A DNA stretch of 64,000 bases from Pecten maximus (Eukaryota). Below the pieces are notes generated by a model. That model saw only the letters and a list, made by a program, of their open reading frames with translations. It had not been told where the DNA came from and did no database searches. Shown one piece after another: positions 51,435-64,000 of the stretch (position 1 is the stretch's first letter; each line of letters begins with the position of its first letter). Where the stretch lies: the NCBI RefSeq assembly GCF_902652985.1, contig NC_047019.1:47058001-47122000 (forward strand). Reading direction: 5' to 3'. Made by a program: the position numbers and the translations under genes.

Positions 51435-53050
51435 ATACAGACAGTGACAAGATAGTGGTAGTGTGTGACAGTATACAGACAGTGACAAGACAGTGGCAGT
51501 GTGTGACAGTATACAGACAGTGATAGTGTGTGACAGTATACAGACAGTGGTAGTGTGTGACAGTATACAGACAGTGACAAGACAGTGGCAGTGTGTGACA
51601 GTATACAGACAGTGGTAGTGTGTGACAGTATACATACAGTGGTAGTGTGTGACAGTATACAGACAGTGACAAGACACTGGTAGTGTGTGACAGTATATAG
51701 ACAGTGACAAGACAGTGGTAGTGTGTGACAGTATACAGACAGTGACAAGACAATGGTAGTGTGTGACAGTTTACAGACAGTGACAAGACAGTGGTAGTGT
51801 GTGACAGTATACAGACAGTGGTAGTGTGTGACAGTATACAGACAGTGGTAGTGTGTGACAGTATACAGACAGTGACAAGACAGTGGTAGTGTGTGACAGT
51901 ATACAGACAGTGACAAGACAGTGGTAGTGTGTGACAGTATACAGACAGTGACAAGACAGTGGTAGTGTGTGACAGTATACAGACAGTGACAAGACAGTGG
52001 TAGTGTGTGACAGTATACAGACAGTGACAAGACAGTGGTAGTGTGTGACAGTATACAGACAGTGACAAGACAGTGGTAGTGTGTGACAGTATACAGACAG
52101 TGACAAGACAGTGGTAGTGTGTGACAGTATACAGACAGTGGTAGTGTGTGACAGTATACAGACAGTGACAAGACAGTGGTAGTGTGTGACAGTATACAGA
52201 CAGTGACAAGACAGTGGTAGTGTGTGACAGTATACAGACGGTGACAAGACAGTGGTAGTGTGTGACAGTATACAGACAGTGGTAGTGGGTGACAGTATAC
52301 AGACAGTGGTAGTGTGTGACAGTATACAGACAGTGGTAGTGTGTGACGGTATACAGACAGTGGTAGTGTGTGACAGTATACAGACAGTGACAAGACAGTG
52401 GTAGTGTGTGACAGTATACAGACAGTGACAAGACAGTGGTAGTGTGTGACAGTATACAGACAGTGGTAGTGTGTGACAGTATACAGACAGTGACAAGACA
52501 GTGGTAGTGTGTGACAGTATACAGACAGTGACAAGACAGTGGTAGTGTGTGACAGTATACAGACAGTGACAAGACAGTGGTAGTGTGTGACAGTATACAG
52601 ACGGTGACAAGACAGTGGTAGTGTGTGACATAGACAGGGTAGTGTGACAGTATACAGACAGTGGTAGTGTGTGACAGTATACAGACAGTGGTAGTGTGTG
52701 ACAGTATACAGACAGTGACAAGACAATGGTAGTGTGTGACAGTATACAGACAGTGACAAGACAGTGGTAGTGTGTGACAGTATACAGATGGTGACAAGAC
52801 AGTGGTAGTGTGTGACAGTATACAGACAGTGACAAGACAGTGGTAGTGTGTGACAGTATACAGACAGTGACAAGACAGTGGTAGTGTGTGACAGTATACA
52901 GACAGTGACAAGACAGTGGTAGTGTGTGACAGTATACAGACAGTGACAAGACAGTGGTAGTGTGTGACAGTATACAGACAGTGACAAGACAGTGGTAGTG
53001 TGTGACGGTATACAGATGGTGACAAGACAGTGGTAGTGTGTGACAGTATA
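51435..53050. repeat. Minisatellite, 38/27-bp unit GACAGTATACAGACAGT(GACAAGACAGT)GGTAGTGTGT
   Basis: Read directly. Confidence 0.97.
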
Positions 53051-53588
53051 GAAAAATACCCTGTGATATAACACATTGCAATGATCAACCTTTAATGGAG
53101 TCCTTGATAAAGAGACTTTGAGCTACAATTCATTATAGAATGTTAATATAGTGTGAATTGAAATTATATCTGTTAAGTGAAGAGTCTTGTAAATTAGAAT
53201 ACACAGGTGGATAAACTGGCCATGTTTCATTTGGTCAGTGATACTCGGGACCTACACCAAATTTGCAGCAATGAGAGAAATCAATAAATGAGCGATTTTG
53301 TGGTGATGATGCCAAGAGGTGTGTTAGTATGGGGCTGTCATCAGTTGATCTATATTCAGCCACATATTATAGATATTATGTATAATTGGCCATAAAGTAT
53401 ATAGCCTAGTGCTATGATACCTAATGAGATGGAGGCCCATCCAGTATTATTACACTGTAGAAAATGACCTCTGTGCCACCAGGCCAGACACGTTTTCCAA
53501 TATTCTACATAAGTGTTCTTTAATGGGTTTTCCACAGTAGCCAGATGTAAAAACGTAGTATTGGTCCAAGTAAGTTAATGTGAAAACT

Positions 53589-54905
53589 ATTCTCTACAGG
53601 GTTAACCATTCTCTACACAGTTAACCATTCTCTACATAGTTAACCATTCTCTACACAGTTAACCATTCTCTACAGGGTTAACCATTCTCTACAGGGTTAA
53701 CCATTCTCTACACAGTTAACCATTCTCTACAGGGTTAACCATTCTCTACACAGTTAACCATTCTCTACAGGGTTAACCATTCTCTACACAGTTAACCATT
53801 CTCTACACAGTTAACCATTCTCTACAGGGTTAACCATTCTCTACACAGTTAACCATTCTCTACAGGGTTAACCATTCTCTACACAGTTAACCATTCTCTA
53901 CACAGTTAACCATTCTCTACAGGGTTAACCATTCTCTACAGGGTTAACCATTCTCTACATAGTTAACCATTCTCTACACAGTTAACCATTCTCTACACAG
54001 TTAACCATTCTCTACACAGTTAACCATTCTCTACATAGTTAACCATTCTCTACACAGTTAACCATTCTCTACACAGTTAACCATTCTCTACACAGTTAAC
54101 CATTCTCTACAGGGTTAACCATTCTCTACACAGTTAACTATTCTCTACAGGGTTAACCATTCTCTACAGGGTTAACCATTCTCTACAGGGTTAACCATTC
54201 TCTACACAGTTAACCATTCTCTACACAGTTAACCATTCTCTACACAGTTAACCATTCTCTACACAGTTAACCATTCTCTACACAGTTAACCATTCTCTAC
54301 AGGGTTAACCATTCTCTACACAGTTAACCATTCTCTACAGGGTTAACCATTCTCTACACAGTTAACCATTCTCTACACAGTTAACCGTTCTCTACATAGT
54401 TAACCATTCTCTACAGGGTTAACCATTCTCTACAGGGTTAACCATTCTCTACACAGTTAACCATTCTCTACACAGTTAACCATTCTCTACACAGTTAACC
54501 ATTCTCTACACAGTTAACCATTCTCTACAGGGTTAACCATTCTCTACAGGGTTAACCATTCTCTACACAGTTAACCATTCTCTACACAGTTAACCATTCT
54601 CTACGTAGTTAACCATTCTCTACAGGGTTAACCATTCTCTACACAGTTAACCATTCTCTACGTAGTTAACCATTCTCTACAGGGTTAACCATTCTCTATA
54701 GGGTTAACCATTCTCTACGTAGTTAACCATTCTCTACACAGTTAACCATTCTCTACACAGTTAACTATTCTCTACACAGTTAACCATTCTCTACACAGTT
54801 AACTATTCTCTACACAGTTAACTATTCTCTACACAGTTAACCATTCCCTACACAGTTAACTATTCTCTACACGGTTAACCATTCTCTACACAGTTAACCA
54901 TTCTC
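53589..54905. repeat. Minisatellite, 19-bp unit GTTAACCATTCTCTACA(CA/GG)
   Basis: Read directly; followed by a few degenerate ~32-bp units to ~55075. Confidence 0.97.
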
Positions 54906-55234
54906 CACTGGTTGCTCAATTTTTATAACCAGATTAACCTGACCGCTTATTTTTATAACCTGATTAAGTTGACCACTCAGTTTTTATAATCTGATTAAGT
55001 TGACCACTCAGTTTTATAACCTGATTAATTTGACCACTCGATTTTTGTAACCAGATTCACTGGATTGCTCAGTTTTTCTTATGCTTGAATTGAGGTTGTA
55101 TTGTACTTGTATTTGAAAATGTTGAATATTGCTTTAGAAAGATGACTCTACAAGTTCAAACTTACAAAATTGGACAATAAATACAGTGTTAAAGTAAATG
55201 AAATTGTTTTATAATTCTTGAACACACTACTTTA

Positions 55235-55725
55235 GGCCTTGACATAAAACATATACTATGTGAGGTCTTGACATAAAACATACACTACGTGCGACCTTGA
55301 CATAAAACATACACTACGTGCGACCTTGACATAAAACATACACTACGTGCGACCTTGACATAAAACATACACTACATGCGGCCTTGACGTAAAACATATA
55401 CAATGTGTGACCTTGACATAAAACATACACTACATGAGGCCTTGACATAAAACATACACTACGTGCGACCTTGACATAAAACATACACTACGTGCGACCT
55501 TGACATAAAACATACACTACGTGCGACCTTGACATAAAACATACACTACATGAGGCCTTGACATAAAACATACACTACGTGCGACCTTGACATAAAACAT
55601 ACACTACGTGCGACCTTGACATAAAACATACACTACATGAGGCCTTGACATAAAACATACACTATGTGCGACCTTGACATAAAACATACATTACGTGAGG
55701 TCTTGACATAAAACATACACTAAGT
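55235..55725. repeat. Minisatellite, 29-bp unit CCTTGACATAAAACATACACTACGTGCGA
   Basis: Read directly. Confidence 0.95.
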
Positions 55726-56033
55726 ATGGCCTCTATATAACATACAAGAGTCCTGGTCATAAAAACTTTCATACCTCAACACAAGCTATGTGTAGCTGCC
55801 AGTATCAGTCTGAGGTCATAAAGATGTGTACTTTCATTAATATTTCATTGGTTACAACTAGTAGAGAACTCTGAAATAGGTTATTGAAATGGTAATAAGG
55901 ATGACTCTTTCTCCCCAGGGCCATAGTTTTTATTATTAATGAACTTTTGTCCTCTTACAGGATAACGCAGTTGATATTATCACTAATTTTCCTGTGAAAA
56001 CATTCAGGTACATTTTGTTTTCTTGTCTTGCAG

Positions 56034-56142
56034 GAAAGCTATTTCCAAAAATGCACTGAACCATGCAACCAATTATTTACATCCTACCCACGCTGAGCAT
56101 GGGTACCGTCGCCGGGAGCTTCGGGACACAGTCGACTGGCTG
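56034..56142 (+). CDS. DGKZ: Internal coding exon of the type IV diacylglycerol kinase, just before the first C1 domain
   Basis: Polypyrimidine tract plus TTGCAG acceptor; 109 nt encoding KAISKNALNHATNYLHPTHAEHGYRRRELRDTVDWL; donor CTG|GTAGGT. Aligns without gaps to recalled human DGKZ KAITKSGLQH...RQIRSTVDWS. Absent from the ORF track. Confidence 0.88.
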
Positions 56143-56377
56143 GTAGGTGTTACACACTACTCTTACTGAATATCATTGTACTATATTTACATTTGCTCTG
56201 CATTTCCCCATTGACACAATGCTAAGAGGCAGTTGCCACCATACGTCTATAACACCCAGTGCCTCAGGCTATAACACCCAGTGGGTCATGTGACATTAAA
56301 AAAGGCGGGATTTTTTGGGGTTTTATTTGTTGGTTCAGTTTTTTTCAAAGTTGACGGAAATGGTAAGACAATGTAAA

Positions 56378-56538
56378 TATAAGTATTGAACAGTGGTTTT
56401 AATGTTGTTATAGTAGATATGGCAGCAAGATGTATGGTGGGTAAATGTAGCATGGGAACCCTAACGCCATTTGCCCACCATACATCTTGCTGCCATATCG
56501 ACAATAACAACATTAAAACCGCTGTTCATTGCTTAAAT
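56378..56538. mobile_element. Palindromic (foldback) MITE, ~70-bp arms and 20-nt loop
   Basis: 56378-56447 is the near-perfect reverse complement of 56468-56538, e.g. GATATGGCAGCAAGATGTATGGTGGG vs CCCACCATACATCTTGCTGCCATATC. Confidence 0.8.
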
Positions 56539-56827
56539 ACAGTTTAATTGTTTTATTAATTTTTATTTCATTATTTTACTAAGAAAGTAAGAACAACCAT
56601 TTCTAACATTTTGAATAATTCCTAATCAGAACATTGACACCTCACATTGGGTTCCTATTGTTTGTGGTGATACCTCGTCCAAATTTCACTTCAGTTTTCG
56701 AGTTCTTGCTTTTAGGCCACCTGAGACAAAGTTTTCAACCAACTTCTCAATAACCAAGAGGCCCAGTGTCATAAATTTACCTACTTTAAAGGTAGAGATT
56801 GAAAGATTGAAACAAATGAAGAAAGCC

Positions 56828-57560
56828 TTTCAGTATTTGAAATGAAGTTTCTTTGTGCTGTGGTATAGTTTCAGTATTTCAAATGAAGTTTCTCTGTGCT
56901 GTGGTAGTTTCTGTATTTGAAATGAGGTTTCTCTGTGCTGTGGTAGTTTCAGTATTTCAAATGAAGTTTCGCTGTGCTGTGGTAGTTTCAGTATTTCAAA
57001 TGAAGTTTCGCTGTGCTGTGGTAGTTTCAGTATTTCAAATGAAGTTTCTCTGTGCTGTGGTACTTTCAGCATTTGAAATGAAGTTTCTTTGTATTGTGGT
57101 AGTTTCATGCAGTATTTCAAATGAAGTTTGTCTGTGCTGTGGTAGTTTCAGTATTTGAAATGATTTTTTTCTGTGCTGTGGTAGTTTCAGTATTTCAAAT
57201 GAAGTTTCTCGGTGTTGCGGTAGTTTCTGTATTTCAAATGAAGTTTCTCTGCGCTGTGGTAGTTTCAGTATTTGAAATGAAGTTTCTCTGTGCTGTGGTA
57301 GTAGTTTATCTGTGCTGTGGTAGTAGTTTATCTGTGCTGTGGTAGTTTCAGTATTTCAAATGAAGTTTCTCTGTGTTGTGGTAGTAGTTTATCTGTGCTG
57401 TGGTAGTAGTTTATCTGTGCTGTGGTAGTTTCAGTATTTCAAATGAAGTTTCTCTGTGTTGTGGTAGTAGTTTATCTGTGCTGTGGTAGTAGTTTATCTG
57501 CGCTGTGGTAGTTTCAGTATTTCAAGTGAAGTTCATCTGTGCTCCATGTGGTACTTTCAG
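56828..57560. repeat. Minisatellite, 39-bp unit TTTCAGTATTTCAAATGAAGTTTCTCTGTGCTGTGGTAG, with shorter variants
   Basis: Read directly. Confidence 0.94.
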
Positions 57561-58914
57561 ACCTAAGCCAGCACTCCCTTGGATGTTTAATGTAAATAGA
57601 CATGTCCTCTTGGCGTCTCCCACCAATCTGATTCCAGGAGCTATTTCATATTGCGATAGCATCAGGTTGTAATTCTGTTGTCTGCAGTGTATAGGTATAT
57701 ATGCTGGTACTAGGTAGACACTGTTCTATTTTTGGGTACTAGGTAGACAGTGTTCTATTTTTGGGTATATTCTGATATTGATTTAATGTTTTATGCTATT
57801 TTTGGATGTGAGTTAGTGTTAAGAGCTATTTTAAGGTCTGTACTGCTGCCAATAAAACACTAGACTCGCCTCCGAGATCAGATATATTAGGTTCACTAAA
57901 TCAGGTCCATGCCAATCAGGATATATACAAGTTACCTAATGAAATCAATGATTGATGATGGATACCAATTGATCATATTTTAGGAATGATATGTTTAACA
58001 AACTATTAAGGCTTGATTGGGATGGTACCCTCCTTTGGCTAGTATCTAAGTAAACTGCAAATGATGTCAGTAATTACTCAAAAGTAGAGCATATGTTCTC
58101 CATTCCATTATGTAAAACTAAAAAATCAGCACTCGCATCAAATGTCATGCTGTCATGATTTAGAGGAAAAGTGAAATGTAGAGAAAAGAACTTTCATATA
58201 TACATCCAATAAAGATCATTAGACGGTGGGTGCCAATATCCCTCTGGGATCTCTTGTTTATTTAGATTTTCATAGACACTATGACCTTCTTTGGTTTCAT
58301 GCTGCTACAAAACTGGAGTTTACATCAAAGTAAAATATTCATTATGATGTTAATTTTGACGTCAATTAAGAGTACAAAACATGCGAGTTAGCTGTTGGCT
58401 GGAGGACCCTTATTTCCCTAGGGGTATACACGCTGTATGATGGAAACAAACAATATAGCTCGGTGGTAGATGCAATATTGGCAACATGTTGTAATTATAT
58501 TTTAAAATGTTAAAAAATGGAAATGTAAAGTACAGGATAGAATGGCACCAACATAATTTGATTTTGCGAGTTAGGGGTCACTAAATGCCAGATCAAAGGA
58601 TTTCCATCGCTTGCCTTGGTATAAGACCTTCTAAGAGCTTGTGATTTTCTCTGGTCACAAACAAATCCTTGTAGTTGTACTGAGTGAGAAGTGATGGCTG
58701 TATCAGTGGTTTCTGTCGTATTGGTAATACCATCTAATGTGCCCAGCTTTTATCCGGGTTTCCCCCTTTGTTGGCGCAATGGCTTTAACGTGACAATGTG
58801 TTCAGTTATCCAAAGTAATTACAAGGCTGATAACTACACACAAATCTCCGATATCCTGCCATACACACAGTTGATAGATTTACTCGTCTATATGTTGATG
58901 AAATGGCCAGTAAA

Positions 58915-60631
58915 ATGTATGTCGGAGGTTTACCGCCGTCAATGTGATAATGTATGTCAGAGGTTTACTGTCGTCAATGTTATAATGTATGTCAGAGGTT
59001 TACTGTCGTCAATGTTATAATGTATGTCAGAGGTTTACCACCGTCAACGTTATAATGTATGACAGAGGTTTACTGTCGTCAATGTGATACATGTATGTCA
59101 GAGGTTTACTGTCGTCAATGTTATAATGTATGTCAGAGGTTTACTGTCGTCAATGTGATACATGTATGTCAGAGGTTTACCACCGTCAATGTGATAATGT
59201 ATGTCGGAGGTTTACCACCGTCAATGTTATAATGTATGTCAGAGGTTTACCACCGTCAATGTGATACATGTATGTCAGAGGTTTACCACCGTCAATGTGA
59301 TACATGTATGTCAGAGGTTTACTGTCGTCAATGTGATACATGTATGTCAGAGGTTTACCACCGTCAATGTGATACATGTATGTCAGAGGTTTACCGCCGT
59401 CAATGTGATACATGTATGTCAGAGGTTTACCACCGTCAATGTGATAATGTATGTCAGAGGTTTACTGTCGTCAATGTGATACATGTATGTCAGAGGTTTA
59501 CCGTCGTCAATGTTATAATGTATGTCAGAGGTTTACTGTCGTCAATGTGATAATGTATGTCAGAGGTTTACTGTCGTCAATGTTATAATGTATGTCAGAG
59601 ATTTACTGCCGTCAATGTTATAATGTATGTCAGAGATTTACCACCGTCAATGTTATAATGTATGTCAGAGGTTTACCACCGTCAATGTGATACATGTATG
59701 TCAGAGGTTTACTGTCGTCAATGTGATACATGTATGTCAGAGGTTTACCACCGTCAATGTGATACATGTATGTCAGAGGTTTACCACTGTCAATGTTATA
59801 ATGTATGTCAGAGGTTTACCGTCGTAAATGTGATACATGTATGTCAGAGGTTTACAGCCGTCAATGTTATAATGTATGTCAGAGGTTTACCACCGTCAAT
59901 GTGATACATGTATGTCAGAGGTTTACTGTCGTCAATGTTATAATGTATGTCAGAGGTTTACTGTCGTCAATGTGATCCATGTATGTCAGAGGTTTACTGT
60001 CGTCAATGTGATACATGTATGTCAGAGGTTTACCACCGTCAATGTGATAATGTATGTCAGAGGTTTACTGTCGTCAATGTGATACATGTATGTCAGAGGT
60101 TTACCACCGTCAATGTGATAATGTATGTCAGAGGTTTACCACCGTCAATGTGATACATGTATGTCAGAGGTTTACTGTCGTCAATGTTATAATGTATGTC
60201 AGAGGTTTACTGTCGTCAATGTTATAATGTATGTCAAAGGTTTACTGTCGTCAATGTGATACATGTATGTCAGAGGTTTACCACCGTCAATGTGATACAT
60301 GTATGTCAAAGGTTTACCGCCGTCAATGTTATAATGTATGTCAGAGGTTTACCACCGTCAATGTTATAATGTATGTCAGAGGTTTACCACCGTCAATGTG
60401 ATACATGTATGTCAGAGGTTTACTGTCGTCAATGTTATAATGTATGTCAGAGGTTTACTGTCGTCAATGTGATACATGTATGTCAGAGGTTTACTGTCGT
60501 CAATGTGATAATGTATGTCAGAGGTTTACCACCGTCAATGTGATAATGTATGTCAGAGGTTTACCACCGTCAATGTGATACATGTATGTCAGAGGTTTAC
60601 AGCCGTCAATGTGATAATGTATGACAGAGGT
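58915..60631. repeat. Minisatellite, 35/36-bp unit GTATGTCAGAGGTTTACCACCGTCAATGTGATACAT
   Basis: Read directly. Confidence 0.97.
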
Positions 60632-60658
60632 ACATGAAAAAGGTGTACATATAATTTT

Positions 60659-63600
60659 ATGTTAGACCTAGGTTTGATCTGACACTATAGAGGTGTAATG
60701 TTAGACCTAGGTCTGATGTGACGCTATCGAGGTGGAATGTTAGACCTAGGTCTGATGTGACGCTATCGAGGTGGAATGTTAGACCTAGGTCTGATGTGAC
60801 GCTATCGAGGTGGAATGTTAGACCTAGGTCTGATGTGACGCTATCGAGGTGTAATGACAGACCTAGGTCTGATGTGACGCTATCGAGGTGGAATGTTAGA
60901 CCTAGGTCTGATGTGACGCTATCGAGGTGGAATGTTAGACCTTGATCTGATGTGACGCTATCGAGGTGGAATGTTAGACCTAGGTCTGATGTGACGCTAT
61001 CGAGGTGGAATGTTAGACCTAGGTCTGATGTGACGCTATCGAGGTGGAATGTTAGACCTAGGTCTGATGTGACACTATCGAGGTGTAATATTAGACCTAG
61101 GTCTGATGTGACACTATGGAGGTGGAATGTTAGACCAAGGTCTGATGTGACGCTATCGAGGTGTAATGTTAGACCTAGGTCTGATGTGACGCTATCGAGG
61201 TGTAATGTTAGACCTTAGTCTAATGTGACGCTATCGAGGTGGAATGTTAGACCTAGGTCTGATGTGACGCTATCGAGGTGTAATGTTAGAACTAGGTCTG
61301 ATGTGACACTATCGAGGTGTAATATTACATCTAGGTCTGATGTGACGCTATCGAGGTGTAATGTTAGACCTTGGTCTGATGTGACGCTATCGAGGTGGAA
61401 TGTTAGACCTAGGTCTGATGTGACACTATCGAGGTGTAATGTTAGACCTAGATCTGATGTGACGCTATCGAGGTGTAATGTTAGACCTAGGTCTGATGTG
61501 ACGCTATCGAGGTGGAATGTTAGACCTAGGTCTGATGTGACACTATCGAGGTGTAATGTTAGACCTAGGTCTGATGTGACACTATCGAGGTGTAATGTTA
61601 GACCTAGATCTGATGTGACGCTATCGAGGTGTAATATTAGACCTAGGTCTGATGTGACGCTATCGAGGTGTAATGTTAGACCTAGGTCTGATGTGACACT
61701 ATCGAGGTGTAATGTTAGACCTAGGTCTGATGTGACGCTATCGAGGTGTAATGTTAGACCTAGGTCTGATGAGACGCTATCGAGGTGTAATGTTAGACCT
61801 AGGTCTGATGTGACGCTATCGAGGTGTAATGTTAGACCTAGGTCTGATGTGACGCTATCGAGGTGTAATGTTAGACCTAGGTCTGATGTGACGCTATCAA
61901 GGTGTAATGTTAGACCTAGGTCTGATGTGACGCTATCGAGGTGTAATGTTAGACCTAGGTCTGATGTGACGCTATCGAGGTGTAATGTTAGACCTAGGTC
62001 TGATGTGACGCTATCGAGGTGTAATGTTAGACCTAGGTCTGATGTGACGCTATCGAGGTGTAATATTAGACCTAGGTCTGATGTGACACTATCGAGGTGT
62101 AATGTTAGACCTAGGTCTGATGTGACGCTATCGAGGTGTAATGTTAGACCTAGGTCTGATGTGACGCTATTGAGGTGTAATGTTAGACCTAGGTCTGATG
62201 TGACGCTATCGAGGTGTAATATTAGACCTAGGTCTGATGTGACACTATCGAGGTGTAATGTTAGACCTAGGTCTGATGGGATGCTATCGAGGTGTAATGT
62301 TAGACCTAGGTCTGATGTGACACTATAGAGGTGTAATGTTAGACCTAGGTCTGATGTGACGCTATCGAGGTGTAATATTAGACCTAGGTCTGATGTGACG
62401 CTATCGAGGTGTAATGTTAGACCTAGATCTGATGTGACGCTATCGAGGTGTAATGTTAGACCTAGGTCTGATGTGACGCTATAGAGGTGGAATGTTAGAC
62501 CTAGGTCTGATGTGACACTATCGAGGTGTAATATTAGACCTAGGTCTGATGTGACACTATCGAGGTGTAATGTTAGACCTAGGTCTGATGTGACGCTATC
62601 GAGGTGGAATGTTAGACCTAGATCTGATGTGACACTATCGAGGTGTAATGTTAGACCTAGGTCTGATGTGACGCTATCGAGGTGTAATGTTAGACCTAGG
62701 TCTGATGTGACGCTATCGAGGTGTAATATTAGACCTAGGTCTGATGTGACGCTATCGAGGTGTAATGTTAGACCTAGATCTGATGTGACGCTATCGAGGT
62801 GTAATGTTAGACCTAGGTCTGATGTGACGCTATAGAGGTGGAATGTTAGACCTAGGTCTGATGTGACACTATCGAGGTGTAATATTAGACCTAGGTCTGA
62901 TGTGACACTATCGAGGTGTAATGTTAGACCTAGGTCTGATGTGACGCTATCGAGGTGGAATGTTAGACCTAGATCTGATGTGACACTATCGAGGTGTAAT
63001 GTTAGACCTAGGTCTGATGTGACGCTATCGAGGTGTAATGTTAGACCTAGGTCTGATGTGACGCTATCGAGGTGTAATGTTAGACCTAGGTCTGATGGGA
63101 TGCTATCGAGGTGTAATGTTAGACCTAGGTCTGATGTGACACTATCGAGGTGTAATGTTAGACCTAGGTCTGATGTGACACTATCGAGGTGTAATATTAG
63201 ACCTAGGTCTGATGTGACGCTATCGAGGTGTAATATTAGACCTAGGTCTGATGTGACACTATCGAGGTGTAATATTAGACCTAGGTCTGATGTGACGCTA
63301 TCGAGGTGTAATGTTAGACCTAGGTCTGATGTGACGCTATCGAGGTGTAATGTTAGACCTAGGTCTGATGTGACACTATCGAGGTGTAATGTTAGACCTA
63401 GGTCTGATGTGACACTATTGAGGTGTAATATTAGTCCTAGGTCTGATGTGACACTATCGAGGTGTAATATTAGACCTAGGTCTGATGTGACGCTATCGAG
63501 GTGTAATGTTAGACCTAGGTCTGATGTGACGCTATCGAGGTGTAATGTTAGACCTAGGTCTGATGGGATGCTATCGAGGTGTAATGTTAGACCTAGGTCT

Positions 63601-64000
63601 GATGTGACACTATCGAGGTGTAATGTTAGACCTAGGTCTGATGTGACACTATCGAGGTGTAATGTTAGACCTAGGTCTGATGTGACACTATCGAGGTGTA
63701 ATGTTAGACCTAGGTCTGATGGGATGCTATCGAGGTGTAATGTTAGACCTAGGTCTGATGTGACACTATCGAGGTGTAATGTTAGACCTAGGTCTGATGG
63801 GATGCTATCGAGGTGTAATGTTAGACCTAGGTCTGATGTGACACTATCGAGGTGTAATGTTAGACCTAGGTCTGATGTGACACTATCGAGGTGTAATATT
63901 AGACCTAGGTCTGATGTGACACTATCGAGGTGTAATGTTAGACCTAGGTCTGATGTGACACTATCGAGGTGTAATGTTAGACCTTGGTCTGATGGGATGC
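60659..64000. repeat. Minisatellite, 39-bp unit GTTAGACCTAGGTCTGATGTGACGCTATCGAGGTGTAAT, running off the window end
   Basis: Read directly. Confidence 0.98.

Noticed and set aside
51388-53088. Cys/His-rich 436-566-aa ORFs resembling metal-binding proteins
   Set aside because: All three minus frames are open because the repeat lacks stops; not a gene.
60718-62835. (VRPRSDVTLSRCN)n ORFs; likewise the 19-aa repeat ORFs at 23998-24925
   Set aside because: Unit lengths of 39 and 57 bp are multiples of three by chance; scattered stops or frameshifts and no splice context.
56143-64000. Next DGK exon (expected GEH.W...GD.CY at the start of C1) and the ORF at 58691
   Set aside because: No such peptide found in the unique segments; the 58691 ORF runs into a repeat. 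The exon is presumably beyond the window.

Overview
Eukaryotic, AT-rich genomic DNA. The repeat families suggest a bivalve mollusc such as a scallop, but this is inference. About two-thirds of the window (~44 kb by my sum) is roughly 25 unrelated minisatellite arrays with 10-57 bp units. Nearly all long ORFs in the track are translations of these arrays. The only well-supported protein-coding sequence is the 5' part of a + strand type IV diacylglycerol kinase gene (DGKZ/DGKI, Drosophila rdgA-like). It has a large first coding exon (34053-34855), joined across a ~21 kb phase-2 intron to a 109-nt exon (56034-56142, KAISK...RDTVDWL); the rest lies beyond the window. Mobile elements: a decayed CR1/L2-type LINE split by a minisatellite, three Tigger/pogo-type DNA elements, two small MITEs, Helentron/HINE-like fragments, and a 253-bp TSD-flanked insert with a minimal hammerhead ribozyme motif. 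One 500-N gap lies at 3685-4184. No prokaryotic genes or CRISPR. I cannot claim a confirmed new system. The best leads are the four tandem LxVP-RxxS modules in the DGK N-terminus, the hammerhead-bearing insert, and the evidence that arrays arise in place from local sequence. Family assignments are from recall, not database searches.
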